NCBI GenBank assembly: GCA_965232105.1
Contig: OZ246956.1
Location: 4,596,408-4,660,407 of the forward strand
Length of the DNA: 64,000 nt
DNA from: Thermoanaerobaculia bacterium
GTDB lineage: Bacteria; Acidobacteriota; Thermoanaerobaculia; Multivoradales; Multivoraceae
Reading direction: 5' to 3'
Made by a program: the position numbers and the translations under genes. This document shows positions 19,539 through 29,600 of the stretch, one piece after another (position 1 is the stretch's first letter; each line of letters starts with the position of its first letter). The notes beneath the pieces were generated by a model. The model ran no database searches and was not told the DNA's origin. It saw only the letters and a program-made list of their open reading frames with translations.

Positions 19539-20237
19539 ATGACTTCGACAGCCCTCCTCGACGCCCTCCGATCCCTCGACACGCCGACCGTCTGCAACGC
19601 CCTGGAGGTCGTGGTTCCCAAGCGCCGCGGCCACGGCTACACGGTGGACCCCCTGGTCTGCGCCAAGCCCGAGTTGCCGCCCATCGTCGGATTTGCCCGT
19701 ACCGCGCGCATTCGCGCCCAGCACCCGAGTTCCATCGACCCGAAGCAGGCCCGCCGCACGTCCGTCGGCTACTACGAGTATCTGGCCGCCGGCGACGACC
19801 CCACGATCACCGTGATCCAGGACCTCGACGACCACGCCCGCGGCTACGGCGCCTTCTGGGGCGAGGTCAACTCGAACATCCACCGCGGCCTGGGCTGCCT
19901 CGGCGTGATCACGGACGGCAGCATCCGCGACCTCGACGACGTCGCCGAGGGATTCCAATTGCTCGCCGGCCGCATCGGACCGTCACACGCCCACGTCCAC
20001 GTGGTGGACTACGGCGAGCCGGTGACCGTCGCCGGCATGGCCGTCGCGGACGGCGACCTGATCCACGCCGACCAGCACGGCGCCGTGGTGATCCCCGCCG
20101 ATGTCGCCGACCAGGTCGAAGCAGCCGCCGACCTGATCGCCCGGCGCGAACGGGTGATCATCGACGCGGCCAAGCAGGACGACTTCAGCTTCGAGAAGCT
20201 GAAGGCCGCCTGGGGCGAGGCGGCGGAGATTCACTGA
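19539..20237 (+). CDS. RraA/HMG-aldolase family protein
   Basis: DTPTVCNALE, WGEVN, TDGSIRD, GDLIHADQHG. Confidence 0.88.
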   Translation: MTSTALLDALRSLDTPTVCNALEVVVPKRRGHGYTVDPLVCAKPELPPIVGFARTARIRAQHPSSIDPKQARRTSVGYYEYLAAGDDPTITVIQDLDDHARGYGAFWGEVNSNIHRGLGCLGVITDGSIRDLDDVAEGFQLLAGRIGPSHAHVHVVDYGEPVTVAGMAVADGDLIHADQHGAVVIPADVADQVEAAADLIARRERVIIDAAKQDDFSFEKLKAAWGEAAEIH

Positions 20238-20281
20238 ATCGCCGGCGGGTCAACACCTTCCGCGCGATGGGGACACCCACG

Positions 20282-20341
20282 CCGTTCACGCTCAATTCTC
20301 GCTGGATTCACGCTCCCCGTTCACGCTCACTTCTCGCTGGA
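20282..20341 (+). repeat. Direct repeat (25 nt x2) with TTCACGCTC x3
   Basis: CCGTTCACGCTCA[A/C]TTCTCGCTGGA at 20282 and 20317. Confidence 0.7.
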
Positions 20342-20353
20342 CAGCACGAGGGG

Positions 20354-20400
20354 TTGACAACCGTCATCGACGGGTTTACCGTTACCCATCAGGTAACGGT
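20354..20400 (+). promoter_or_regulatory. Sigma70 promoter and inverted-repeat operator of higBA
   Basis: TTGACA-17nt-TACCGT; perfect IR ACCGTTACC-N5-GGTAACGGT overlapping the -10. Confidence 0.75.
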
Positions 20401-20406
20401 GGAGCC

Positions 20407-20739
20407 GTGGAGATCGCGTTCAAGACGAAACGGCTCCAGAAGACATGCAACTCACACGTTCTGCTCCAGAAGACCTACGGCAAGCTCGCAAAGAAGATTG
20501 AGGTGCGCCTCAGTCTGCTGAAGAACGCCCAGAATCTGAGCTTGGTGCCGACGACACCGCCTGTTCGGCGACACCTGCTCCGAGGCGACCGTCAAGACAC
20601 GTTCGCCGTCGACTTGGGCCACCCATACCGGCTGGTGTTCACGGCCAACCACGACCCGATTCCACGACGGTCCGACGGTGGCATCGCGACGGAGCAGGTC
20701 ACCGCTATCAGAATCCTCGAAATCACCGACTACCACTGA
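20407..20739 (+). CDS. higB: HigB-type (RelE/ParE superfamily) toxin
   Basis: MEIAFKTKRL...HLLRGDR...AVDLGHPYRLVF...EITDYH; upstream of antitoxin. Confidence 0.85.
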   Translation: MEIAFKTKRLQKTCNSHVLLQKTYGKLAKKIEVRLSLLKNAQNLSLVPTTPPVRRHLLRGDRQDTFAVDLGHPYRLVFTANHDPIPRRSDGGIATEQVTAIRILEITDYH

Positions 20740-20752
20740 CCCGGAGAACGAC

Positions 20753-21889
20753 ATGGCCACGGGAACCAACGCCTACCAACCCGACCACGCGGTTCCGCCC
20801 GGCTATCTGCTGGAGGAGTACCTCGACGCCAGAGCCTTCTCCCAAGCCGAGTTTGCACGCCGCTGCGGCCGGTCGCCGAAGCTGATCAGCGAGATCCTGG
20901 CGGGCAAGGCGCCTGTCGAACCCAAGACCGCAATCGAGTTCGAGAGGGTACTGGGACTGGACGCGAGCATCTGGCTCGGCATGGAGAGCGACTACCGGCT
21001 GTACGTTGCACGAGAGGCCGAGGCCTCGGCGCGGGCTGCCGAGTCCGCATGGGCCAAGGCCTTCCCCGTCGGCGAACTGGTCAAGCGTGGGTACATCCCA
21101 AAGGCCAGGTCACGCGCCGAGACGGTCGCCCATTTGCTGGCCTTTTTCAACGTGGCTTCGGCTGAAGCGTGGAACGCCAAGCACTTGACAGAGCAGGCCG
21201 CGTACCGGCACTCGCCGAGCTTCAAGAGCAGGCCGGAGGCACTCGCAGCGTGGCTCCGGCTTGGAGAACTTGAAGCGGAGAAGCAGGACTGCCCTGACTA
21301 CAACCGCAAGGCCTTCGTGGCGTCCCTCCAGGAGATCCGTAGCTTCACGGTCATGAATCCAGAAGCGGCGCTGGCTGAGGCCCAACGCGGCTGCAACGAC
21401 GCAGGAGTAGCCCTGGCGCGAGTGGAAGCCCTGCCTCGCGCCGCCGTCAGCGGCGCTGCCTGGTGGCTGTCGCCGAAGAAGCCTGTCATCGCGTTGAGCC
21501 TTCGTCACCGAACGGACGATCATCTTTGGTTCAGCTTCTTCCATGAAGCGGCCCACATCCTCCTCCACTCAAAGAAGCAGGTCTTCGTCGAGGGCGACCG
21601 CCACCAGACGGCAGGAGAAATGTCCGGCGCCCAGGATCCGCAACAGGACCAGGAAGCCGAAGCGAACAGGTGGGCAGCCGACTTCCTCGCACCACCGGAA
21701 TCCTGGCGCCGGTTCGTGGCGAAGTTTCGCGGCACCAAGGCGGAAGTACGAGCGTTCGGCGAAGAGTTGACTGTGGCGCCGGGCATCATCGTCGGTCGAC
21801 TACAGCACGAGGGTCACCTTCCCCACTCACACCTGAACCGCCTGAAGATCAGGGTGTCGCCATCTACAGCGAACAGTCCCACCCTCTAA
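20753..21889 (+). CDS. higA: HigA antitoxin: XRE HTH fused to ImmA/IrrE metallopeptidase
   Basis: PPGYLLEE, SQAEFARR, ISEI; FSFFHEAAH (HExxH); EAEANRWA. Confidence 0.88.
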   Translation: MATGTNAYQPDHAVPPGYLLEEYLDARAFSQAEFARRCGRSPKLISEILAGKAPVEPKTAIEFERVLGLDASIWLGMESDYRLYVAREAEASARAAESAWAKAFPVGELVKRGYIPKARSRAETVAHLLAFFNVASAEAWNAKHLTEQAAYRHSPSFKSRPEALAAWLRLGELEAEKQDCPDYNRKAFVASLQEIRSFTVMNPEAALAEAQRGCNDAGVALARVEALPRAAVSGAAWWLSPKKPVIALSLRHRTDDHLWFSFFHEAAHILLHSKKQVFVEGDRHQTAGEMSGAQDPQQDQEAEANRWAADFLAPPESWRRFVAKFRGTKAEVRAFGEELTVAPGIIVGRLQHEGHLPHSHLNRLKIRVSPSTANSPTL

Positions 21890-22046
21890 CGTAAGGTACC
21901 GGCTCGGAGCCGACCCCAGGGCGGATTCGTCCGTTGATTCAGCAAGAAGGGAGACGCCGCCCAATGGTAGTTGAACTCTTCAACTGCTCCTCGCTACCTT
22001 ACGAACACGAGAGTACTCATACTCGAGAGTCCCGATCTGCTCCCGA

Positions 22047-23591
22047 TCACCCCATCACGGGATCGATCGGCGTGATGATGCCGAGGGCGTCCTCGATCGC
22101 CTGGGCGGCTTCCAGGCAGAGGCCTTCGCGGTAGCGGCCGCCGATCACCTCGACGCCCTGCGGCAGGCCGTTGGCCACGCCGGTGGGCACGCAGACCGCG
22201 GGTAAACCGAGCAGGTTGATCGCGACCTCGAAGCGCATCTGGCGAAGCACCGCCCCGGGGTCCTCCAGGTCGAGGCCGATGACGAACGGCGGTTCAGTCA
22301 TTACGGGGCCTACGATCAACGGATAGTCCTCCTGGAACTCCTGCCAGGCGGTGGCGATCGCATGCCGGTTCGCGAACATCGCGACGTACTCGGTCGCCTG
22401 ATCGACACCGAACAGGTCAAGCGCCTCCGTGAGGAAACCGTACGCGTCCTCCGACATGATCTCCCGGAGCGCCGGACGGGCCAGGTTCAGCTCGTAGCCG
22501 AGGAAGACCTCCCAGGCCCGAAGCGCCTCGGCGGTCATCGGCGGTTCGACCTCCTCGACGGCGTAGCCGGCTGCCTCGAGCGCTTCCCCCGCGGCACGGA
22601 CGCCGGCGGCGACGTCCGGGTGGGTGGCGCCGCCGCTCGGTTCGGGCACGAGCGCGACCTTGACCGGCGACGCGGGGGGCTCCAGGTCGAGCGGCACGGG
22701 CACGGACCACGGATCGCTCGCGTGGTACCGCCCGAGGAGCTCGTACGCCTTGCGCAGGTCGGCAACCCGGCGCGCCATCGGGCCGTCGACGGCCATCAGT
22801 TGACCCGACAAGTCGCCGCCTGTCGGGCTGGCGATCCGACCCAGGGTCGGCTTGAGCGACGCGATGCCGTTGCACTGCGCCGGAACACGGAGCGAGCCGC
22901 CGATGTCGTTGCCGAGCCCCAGACAGCTCATCCCGGCGGCCAGGGCAGCGCCTTCGCCGCCGCTCGATCCGCCGACGTTGCGGTCGGCTGCCCAGGGGTT
23001 CCGGGTCAAGCCGTAGAGCCCGCTGTCGGTATGGACGCGCAGCCCCAAGTCGGGGAGATTCGTCCGGGTGAGCGGGATCGCGCCAGCCGCCTTGAGCCGG
23101 GAGACGATCAGCGCGTCCTCCTCCGCCACCACGTCGGCGAGGGCGGGAACGCCGTTCGTCGTCGGCGTGCCGGCGACGGCGATGTTGTCCTTGACCGAGA
23201 CCGGCACGCCGTGAAGCGGCCCCAGCTCGGCGCCGGCCGCCACCGCCTCGTCGGCGGCCTGCGCGGCCGCGCGCGCTTCGTCGGCGAGCACCCGGACGAC
23301 CGCGTTGAGATGGCCGTTCACCGCATCGACGCGCGCGAGGTGGGACTCGACGACTTCGAGGCTCGAGGCGTCGCCGCGCCGGATCGCCGCAGCGAGTTCG
23401 CCGGCACTGGCGCGCCACAGGTCGTCGGGCATCGGGCCGGCCGCAACATTGGCAGCGCCATCCGAAGGTGCTGCCGCCTCACCGTCGCACCCGGCCAGCA
23501 GGCCGGCGGCGCCGGCCAAGGACAGGGCGTGGATCACTTGGCGCCGCGAGACGCCCGCGATCTCCTGAGGTTCGGGTTCGTGGGTCGTCAT
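22047..23591 (-). CDS. Amidase (amidase signature family), Tat/lipoprotein signal
   Basis: GVPVSVKD, GGSSGG, GNDIGGSLR; SRRQV...LAGC; AAGGAGG RBS. Confidence 0.92.
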   Translation of the reverse strand: MTTHEPEPQEIAGVSRRQVIHALSLAGAAGLLAGCDGEAAAPSDGAANVAAGPMPDDLWRASAGELAAAIRRGDASSLEVVESHLARVDAVNGHLNAVVRVLADEARAAAQAADEAVAAGAELGPLHGVPVSVKDNIAVAGTPTTNGVPALADVVAEEDALIVSRLKAAGAIPLTRTNLPDLGLRVHTDSGLYGLTRNPWAADRNVGGSSGGEGAALAAGMSCLGLGNDIGGSLRVPAQCNGIASLKPTLGRIASPTGGDLSGQLMAVDGPMARRVADLRKAYELLGRYHASDPWSVPVPLDLEPPASPVKVALVPEPSGGATHPDVAAGVRAAGEALEAAGYAVEEVEPPMTAEALRAWEVFLGYELNLARPALREIMSEDAYGFLTEALDLFGVDQATEYVAMFANRHAIATAWQEFQEDYPLIVGPVMTEPPFVIGLDLEDPGAVLRQMRFEVAINLLGLPAVCVPTGVANGLPQGVEVIGGRYREGLCLEAAQAIEDALGIITPIDPVMG

Positions 23592-23630
23592 GAGTCGTGC
23601 CTCCTTGTTCCAGGAACTTGCGCCGCGGGA

Positions 23631-23733
23631 ACCGGGTGCGCCGGGGTGCCATCCGTGCGCCCGATGACGGGTCCACGGACTGGTTCGCGGTTGGCGCGGA
23701 TCCGCGCCAACCGGGTTCCCGCCGGCATCCGGC
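23631..23733 (+). repeat. REP-like palindrome with 69-nt two-hairpin insert (copy 2)
   Basis: Ungapped match to 696-798. Confidence 0.85.
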
Positions 23734-23765
23734 GCGACGCGTCGGCCTTCCTTCGTTCTACGGCG

Positions 23766-24914
23766 CTAACCACTGCCGCGCATGGCGTCGAGGTTGAGCG
23801 TCTCGCTGAGCACCGGCTCACCGTCGATGCCGCGAACTTCCACCGTGACGCTGCGGGACGACCAGTCGATCGACAGCGCGCCGTAGTTCTCGGGCCGGTA
23901 GGTCGGGCCCAATCGGTAGGGCCCCGCCTCTTCCCCGCTGCTGGATGGCGAGTTCAGCGAACTCGCGGTGAGTTCCAGGAGCGGGTAGTCGAGCGCCTCG
24001 TCGTGGCGGTAGATGCCTGCCCGGTGACGGTCTCCGGAGACGATCACGACGCCGTTGGCCTCCGTCTCGCGGAGCAGACCGTAGAGGCGCTCGCGCTCGG
24101 CCGGAAGATGCCGCCAGGCCTCGTAGCCGTGACCGTCGGCGATGACCTGGATCGACGACGCGAGGATGCGCAGGTCTGCCTCCTCGTCGAGGACGCCGCG
24201 AAGCCAGGCCCACTGCTCCTCGCCGAGCATCGTCTTCGCCGGGTCGGGATCCGGCAGGTAGCGCTCCTTTCCCGGCACCCCACGCTCGTCCGTCGGCCGC
24301 AGAGGGGAACGGAAGTAGCGGGTGTCGAGCAGGATGAGTTGGACGCGCTCGCCCGACGGGCCGTAGCTCACCGCGTCGTAGACGCCCGGCCGGGACGCCC
24401 GCTCGGAGTCCGCCGGCACGTCCCAGAAGTCCTCGAAGATACGCTGTGCTTCCTCGCGCCCGAAGAAGCCCGCACCGCCGTCGTTCAGGCCATAGTCGTG
24501 GTCGTCCCAGGTCGCGGCCAGCGGCACCGCCTCGCGCAGCCTGCTGAACCCGTCGGCCGCGGCCTGCATCGCGTACGCATCGCTCAGCTCCCGCAGGTCC
24601 TCCGACTCGACGTCGCCGTAAACGTTGTCGCCGAGGAAGACGAACAGGTCGAAGTCGTCGTCGAGGACGGCGTCGAAGATCGGCTGCGGCAGGTCCTGCT
24701 TCAGGCAGGAACCGACGCCGATGCGCTCGAGCGCCGGCTCGGCCGGAGCAGCCTCTGACTCCAACGCCGAATCTGCCGCGCCGCCGCAGGCCGCGGCGAG
24801 AAGAAGCACCGCCGGCAGCAGAGCGGCGAACGTCCCGCCCTGTCTGGTTGGATGCGGGAAGGATGCCCGCGTCCCCAACAGCAGCGTTTCAATCCGCGGC
24901 TTCACGGCACACAC
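23766..24914 (-). CDS. phoD: Alkaline phosphatase D family lipoprotein (start uncertain)
   Basis: GSC, LGDNVY, TWDDHDYG, LLDTRYFR, SGDRH. Confidence 0.85.
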   Translation of the reverse strand: MCAVKPRIETLLLGTRASFPHPTRQGGTFAALLPAVLLLAAACGGAADSALESEAAPAEPALERIGVGSCLKQDLPQPIFDAVLDDDFDLFVFLGDNVYGDVESEDLRELSDAYAMQAAADGFSRLREAVPLAATWDDHDYGLNDGGAGFFGREEAQRIFEDFWDVPADSERASRPGVYDAVSYGPSGERVQLILLDTRYFRSPLRPTDERGVPGKERYLPDPDPAKTMLGEEQWAWLRGVLDEEADLRILASSIQVIADGHGYEAWRHLPAERERLYGLLRETEANGVVIVSGDRHRAGIYRHDEALDYPLLELTASSLNSPSSSGEEAGPYRLGPTYRPENYGALSIDWSSRSVTVEVRGIDGEPVLSETLNLDAMRGSG

Positions 24915-25896
24915 TCTCGATCGTGAACTGCGACGGGTCGGGCAGCTTCCCCGCGACGACCATCTCCTCGATCAACTTCTCCGTCTCCGTGACCCGGTCC
25001 CTCGCCGAATAGGCCTCGCGCATCGTCCTCACCTGTGGATGTTCAAGCATTCGACAGTATCTCAGCATCCGCTGACTCACCTTCGGCCACTTCCGCCGCA
25101 TGACGATGTTCGGCTGGTAGGACTCGTCCCATTCGGGGGTCACGTAGTCACGCAGATCGAACGGCCGGCGAAGCCGCCACACGCCTTCGTCGTAGACGAT
25201 GTTCGGGTCGTCGCCCGCGCACAGATGCTCGTAGAACCACATGCCTTCGTAGTTCGCCTCCAGGTCGGCCAGGGACAGGACGCCCGAGACGGCCCGGCCG
25301 AGAATCGTGATCTCGTGGCCCAAGCCGCGACGAACCGCCCGATCCTCCGCCTCGGCGAGCGGCGCGCCCCGGGAGCGGGCCTTGCGGAACCAGCGATGGT
25401 AGTACCAGGCGGTTCCCAGCAGGTGGGTCAGCTTGTCCGTGCCGAACCGGACGCCGCCGACCTCCACCGTCGGACTTGGCGGCATCCACCGGCCGGTGTC
25501 GAACACCGACGATGTGCCCCCGTACAGATAATGCTGCTTGAACTCCCGCATCTCATCCGCTCCCGACGGTGACCGGCTGACCAGCGGTGAATTGACCGAC
25601 CACGTCTCGAAACCGTCGAAGAACAGCATGCGATGGCGCTTGAAGAACCGGAACCGCACCTTCTGGCACGGGCGGTCCCGGCCGTCCCGGTTCAACTCGG
25701 CAACGAGACGCTCGAGTTCCAGGTTGACGCGGGCGTTCAACACCCCGGTCATGTCCTCCAGGGGCCGGCCCCAGGCGAAGAACTGGTCCGTCTCGAGGCT
25801 CGGCGCGGCGCCGGCGCCGCCAAGTCCGAGGAACGCCGCCGCGACTGCCGCGACCCTGGCAAAGCGCACAGCCCCCCCACGAGCCGGATCCTGCAT
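24889..25896 (-). CDS. Secreted hypothetical protein
   Basis: ATG overlaps the upstream TGA; signal peptide; motifs ETDQF, GTDKLTH, SLADLEANYEG, WDESY. Confidence 0.7.
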   Translation of the reverse strand: MQDPARGGAVRFARVAAVAAAFLGLGGAGAAPSLETDQFFAWGRPLEDMTGVLNARVNLELERLVAELNRDGRDRPCQKVRFRFFKRHRMLFFDGFETWSVNSPLVSRSPSGADEMREFKQHYLYGGTSSVFDTGRWMPPSPTVEVGGVRFGTDKLTHLLGTAWYYHRWFRKARSRGAPLAEAEDRAVRRGLGHEITILGRAVSGVLSLADLEANYEGMWFYEHLCAGDDPNIVYDEGVWRLRRPFDLRDYVTPEWDESYQPNIVMRRKWPKVSQRMLRYCRMLEHPQVRTMREAYSARDRVTETEKLIEEMVVAGKLPDPSQFTIESVCREAAD

Positions 25897-26501
25897 CAGA
25901 AGCCCCAGCCGATCCCGGCGGTGTACACGTAGCGGTCGGCGTCCTCGTGAGCGGAGCTGATCCGCCGCAGGACGCCCAGGTTGAACGTGATGCGAGGCAG
26001 GGCGAACTGCCCTTCGAAACCGGCCAACGTCTGTCGCGCCGGATCGAGTCCGGAGTCCCCCCACGTGCGGACCAGCACGGCCCGAGCGCTCCAGCCGACG
26101 TAGACGTTGTTCAGGAACGCGGAACGCGGCTTGTGCGCGCCGATCAGGCGGGCGTAGCCGACGCCTAGCTGGCCGCCGGCCGAACCCGGCTCGAGCTGCG
26201 CGACGAACCCGCGGTACTCGCAGAAAGTGGCACAGTCATGGCTGGCCGGCACCCGCGCCACGACCACTCCGCCGCCCACCGAGAACTCAAGCGGGATCGA
26301 GTACCGAACCCGTGTGATGCCGAGCCAGCGAAGCGAGGTCTCGTCGACATCCGCTTGGACCCGCTCCACGAGCGACCCGGGGTCTTCTGACCGTGGCCGG
26401 GGGTCCTGCGAAGCCAGCGGCCCCGCCCAGAACCAGAGAAGAACAGCCCCCGCGGCCAAGTGCGACGAGCGAGCCCGGACAAATCGGAAAGCAGCTTGCA
26501 T
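25896..26501 (-). CDS. Hypothetical outer-membrane beta-barrel-like protein
   Basis: Signal peptide, alternating beta-strand pattern, C-terminal YTAGIGWGF. Confidence 0.6.
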   Translation of the reverse strand: MQAAFRFVRARSSHLAAGAVLLWFWAGPLASQDPRPRSEDPGSLVERVQADVDETSLRWLGITRVRYSIPLEFSVGGGVVVARVPASHDCATFCEYRGFVAQLEPGSAGGQLGVGYARLIGAHKPRSAFLNNVYVGWSARAVLVRTWGDSGLDPARQTLAGFEGQFALPRITFNLGVLRRISSAHEDADRYVYTAGIGWGF

Positions 26502-26636
26502 CGGCGGCGAACGCGGCGGGGCTGGGCCCGTTCCTTCTCTCAGCGCCGATGCTACACCCGTCAACACGGCCTGCGATCCGGCGGCGCACCGCCGAACCGG
26601 GCCGTAAAGGGCATCGAAGATGCGAGGGGCCGGTGG

Positions 26637-29600
26637 CTACGAACCGCCGCCGAAGCGATAGCTCATCACCGCCTTCAAGCGGCGACCCTTCGGGTTCGCG
26701 GTCAACGCGTCGAACGACTGCTCGAAGAAGACGAGCGGCGGATCCTCGTCGGTCAGGTTGAGCGCCGACAGAGCAAGATCGAAACCGTGCCGCGGGAAGC
26801 GCCACAGGAACGTCAGATCGAAGGTGAGCCACTCGTCGATCGGCAGCAGTTCAGGCGGCGTCCAGGCCACGTTGCTGTCCTCGTAGGACGAAATGTGGTT
26901 GGCCCAGCCGATCAGACTGTAGTCGCCCCAGCGATAGCCGAGCGAGGCCCGCGTCTTCATCTCCGGCAGCGGCGGCGCGATCGGCGTATCGCGATTCAGC
27001 AGACCGACGACATCCTTCTGCTCTCGATAGACGACGCCGTCGCGTTCGAGCTTCTTCAGTTCGTAGCTCTGCGTGTACGTGCTGTCGAGCCCGAAGGTGA
27101 GTTCGCCCCTGCCCGCGTCCACATGGCCGTGCAGATGGAAATCGAAGCCCGACGTCTTGATGCCCGGCCAGTTGATCAGGTCGATCCGCACGCGCTCGAT
27201 GTCCCCGGGAGAGCAGGACCCGTCCGCCAGGCCGCCCGGGCAGACGACGCGACCCATGACCGCGTTGAGAGCCGCCTGGCTGCCCGCGGCCCCCTCGGCG
27301 TAGAGCCGCACTACATCCTGCTGCGGCATCGGAGCGATCACATCATCGAAGTCGTAGCTCCAGTAGTCCAGCGTGACGTCGATCCCGGGCGAGGCGAAGA
27401 GCACCAGACCCAGGTTGTAGGTGAAGGCCTGCTCCGGAAGCAGCGACCGGCTTCCGAACGCGTCGACCGCCTTGTAGACGCCGACCGTGTTCAGGTACTC
27501 GAGGGTCGTTCGAACCTCCTCGTTCAGATCGTCGACCGACGGCGCCCGGAAGGTCGTCTGCACCGAAGTACGGAACGACAGCACGTGATCCTCGCCCGCC
27601 GAGAGCTGCCAGCGGCCGGAGAACTTCGGGTCGAAGCTGTCGATTTCGTCGTGAAGTTCGTAGTTCGCCGCGAACTGCATGTCGCCGCCCAGCGCGTTGA
27701 CCGACAGTTCGCCGAACACCCGGTGAACCGCCTGGGAGTCGCCGTACGGGTAGTAACCCGACGTGAACGTGAAGGCGCCGGCTCGGGCGCCGGTCTGCCT
27801 GCCGGTCACCGGATCGACGCAGGACCGGTCGCCCGGCACCAGGCACGGGTTCAACTCGTAGTTGCCGGCGTCGTTCGGAACCGCGGCCACGTCGAGAAAC
27901 CGGTACTGGTAACCCACGGCGTAGTCGAGCTTGCCGGGCAGCCAGTTCCCGGAGAGCGTCGCATCGGCGACGACGAGCTCGGCTTCGTTGTCGACGTTCA
28001 CCTCGTCGTTGATCCAGTCGAGAAGCGCCGCGCTGTTCTCCAGGCCCGCGCGGTACATCGGATTCGGGCTGTCCTCCCAGGGCGCGCCCGGCTGGGCGGA
28101 GAACTCGATCCCGTTGCCGAACGGGTTGAAGTACATGCAGGCGCCCACGCCCGGCTGGGCCGAGCCCGTGTCTCCCAGCCGCATGCCCGAGGGGGTCGTA
28201 CCGTCGGCCACGACGCCGACGCCGCAGTTCGGGCCGCCGTAGCCGCGGAAGGCGAGGAACTTGCGGTATGCGTACTCGGCCGCGTCGTTCATGTTGCCGG
28301 CGGTCCGCGAGTAGTTCACGCCGACATCCAGGTTGGCGGCCTTGCCGCCGATGGACAGGTCGTGGTCGATGTTCGCCGCGATGCGGGTCGTCTCCATGGC
28401 CCGCCGCAGAGCGCGTCCCGGTCCCGCGTTGCCGACCAGACGGCCCCAGAAGTACAAGTCGCCCTCCAGACAGGCCTCCTCGGAAGCGAAGCCGCCGATG
28501 CTGAAGGAACTCCCGCAGAACTCCGACCGACCAGGGTGCCCGCTTCCGACCTGATAGAGGCCGTCCAGCAGGGACACCGGCGGGAAGGAGGGCGTGGTGT
28601 CGTAGTCCGGGATGATCGACTCGGCGTACAGCGCCTCCACGTGATAGCGCGTGCCGTCCGCCAACGGCCCGTTCAACTCGGCGAAGAACCGGTTCGTCTC
28701 CGTCGCCTCGATCAGGCTGTCCCACGGCTGATAGCGGAAAGCGCAGGTCCAGCCGCGGTCGTAGCCCCCCAGACCGTTGCACGCGGGATCGACGAAGTAG
28801 TCCGTGCCGGCCGTACCGTTGCGCGCCCGGGCCAACTCCGTCACGAAGTCGGCGGCGGTTTCGTTGCCGCTCAGACGCGGACGCAGGAAGATGCCCGGGT
28901 TGCCGGTGTTGGACCAACCCCAGAACCAACCGTCGTCGCGCGGCATGAGCGTGTACGGCCGCTCCGCCGCTTCGAGATGCGAGCGCTCCGCCCGTTCGAG
29001 CGAGAACACGAGGTGATGCTCGGATCCGCCCAGCTTGCCGCCCCAGATCGCGCCCGCCGTCGAGTCTCCGGCGCCGTCGAAGCTCTCGTGCGAGAGAGCC
29101 ACCTCGAAGCCCGTAAACTCGTCGCGGGTAACGAAGTTCGCGACGCCGGCAACCGCGTCGGAACCGTAGATCGCGGCGGCGCCCTCCTTCAGGACCTCGA
29201 TGCGGTCGAGTGCGATCGAAGGAAACGCGCTGACATCGACGAAGCGGCCGCCGAACAGCCGCGCCGGCACCGGCGCCTGGCGACGACCATTGAGCAGCAC
29301 CAGGCTCCGCGACGCCCCGAGGCCCCGCAGGTTGACGTTCGCTACGTTCTCGGGAAGCGCATGACCCTGGTCGTTGTACCAACTGTTCGCCTCGCCGATG
29401 ACGCCGGACGAGGCGGTCAGGTTCTTCATCAGATCGACCACCTGCAACGAACCCTGCTCCTTCTGGGTCTCCCGGTTCAACACCTCGACGGCGAAGGGAA
29501 GGTCGACCGCCGGCTCCTCGATCGCCGAGCCGGTGACGACCACGACATCATGGGCGTGGAAGTCGAGGACGCCCTCCTCGTCCTCGTGCTCTTCGCCCTC

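Noticed and set aside
20282-20341. Mini CRISPR array
   Set aside because: Two units only, 10-nt spacer itself repeat-derived, no cas genes
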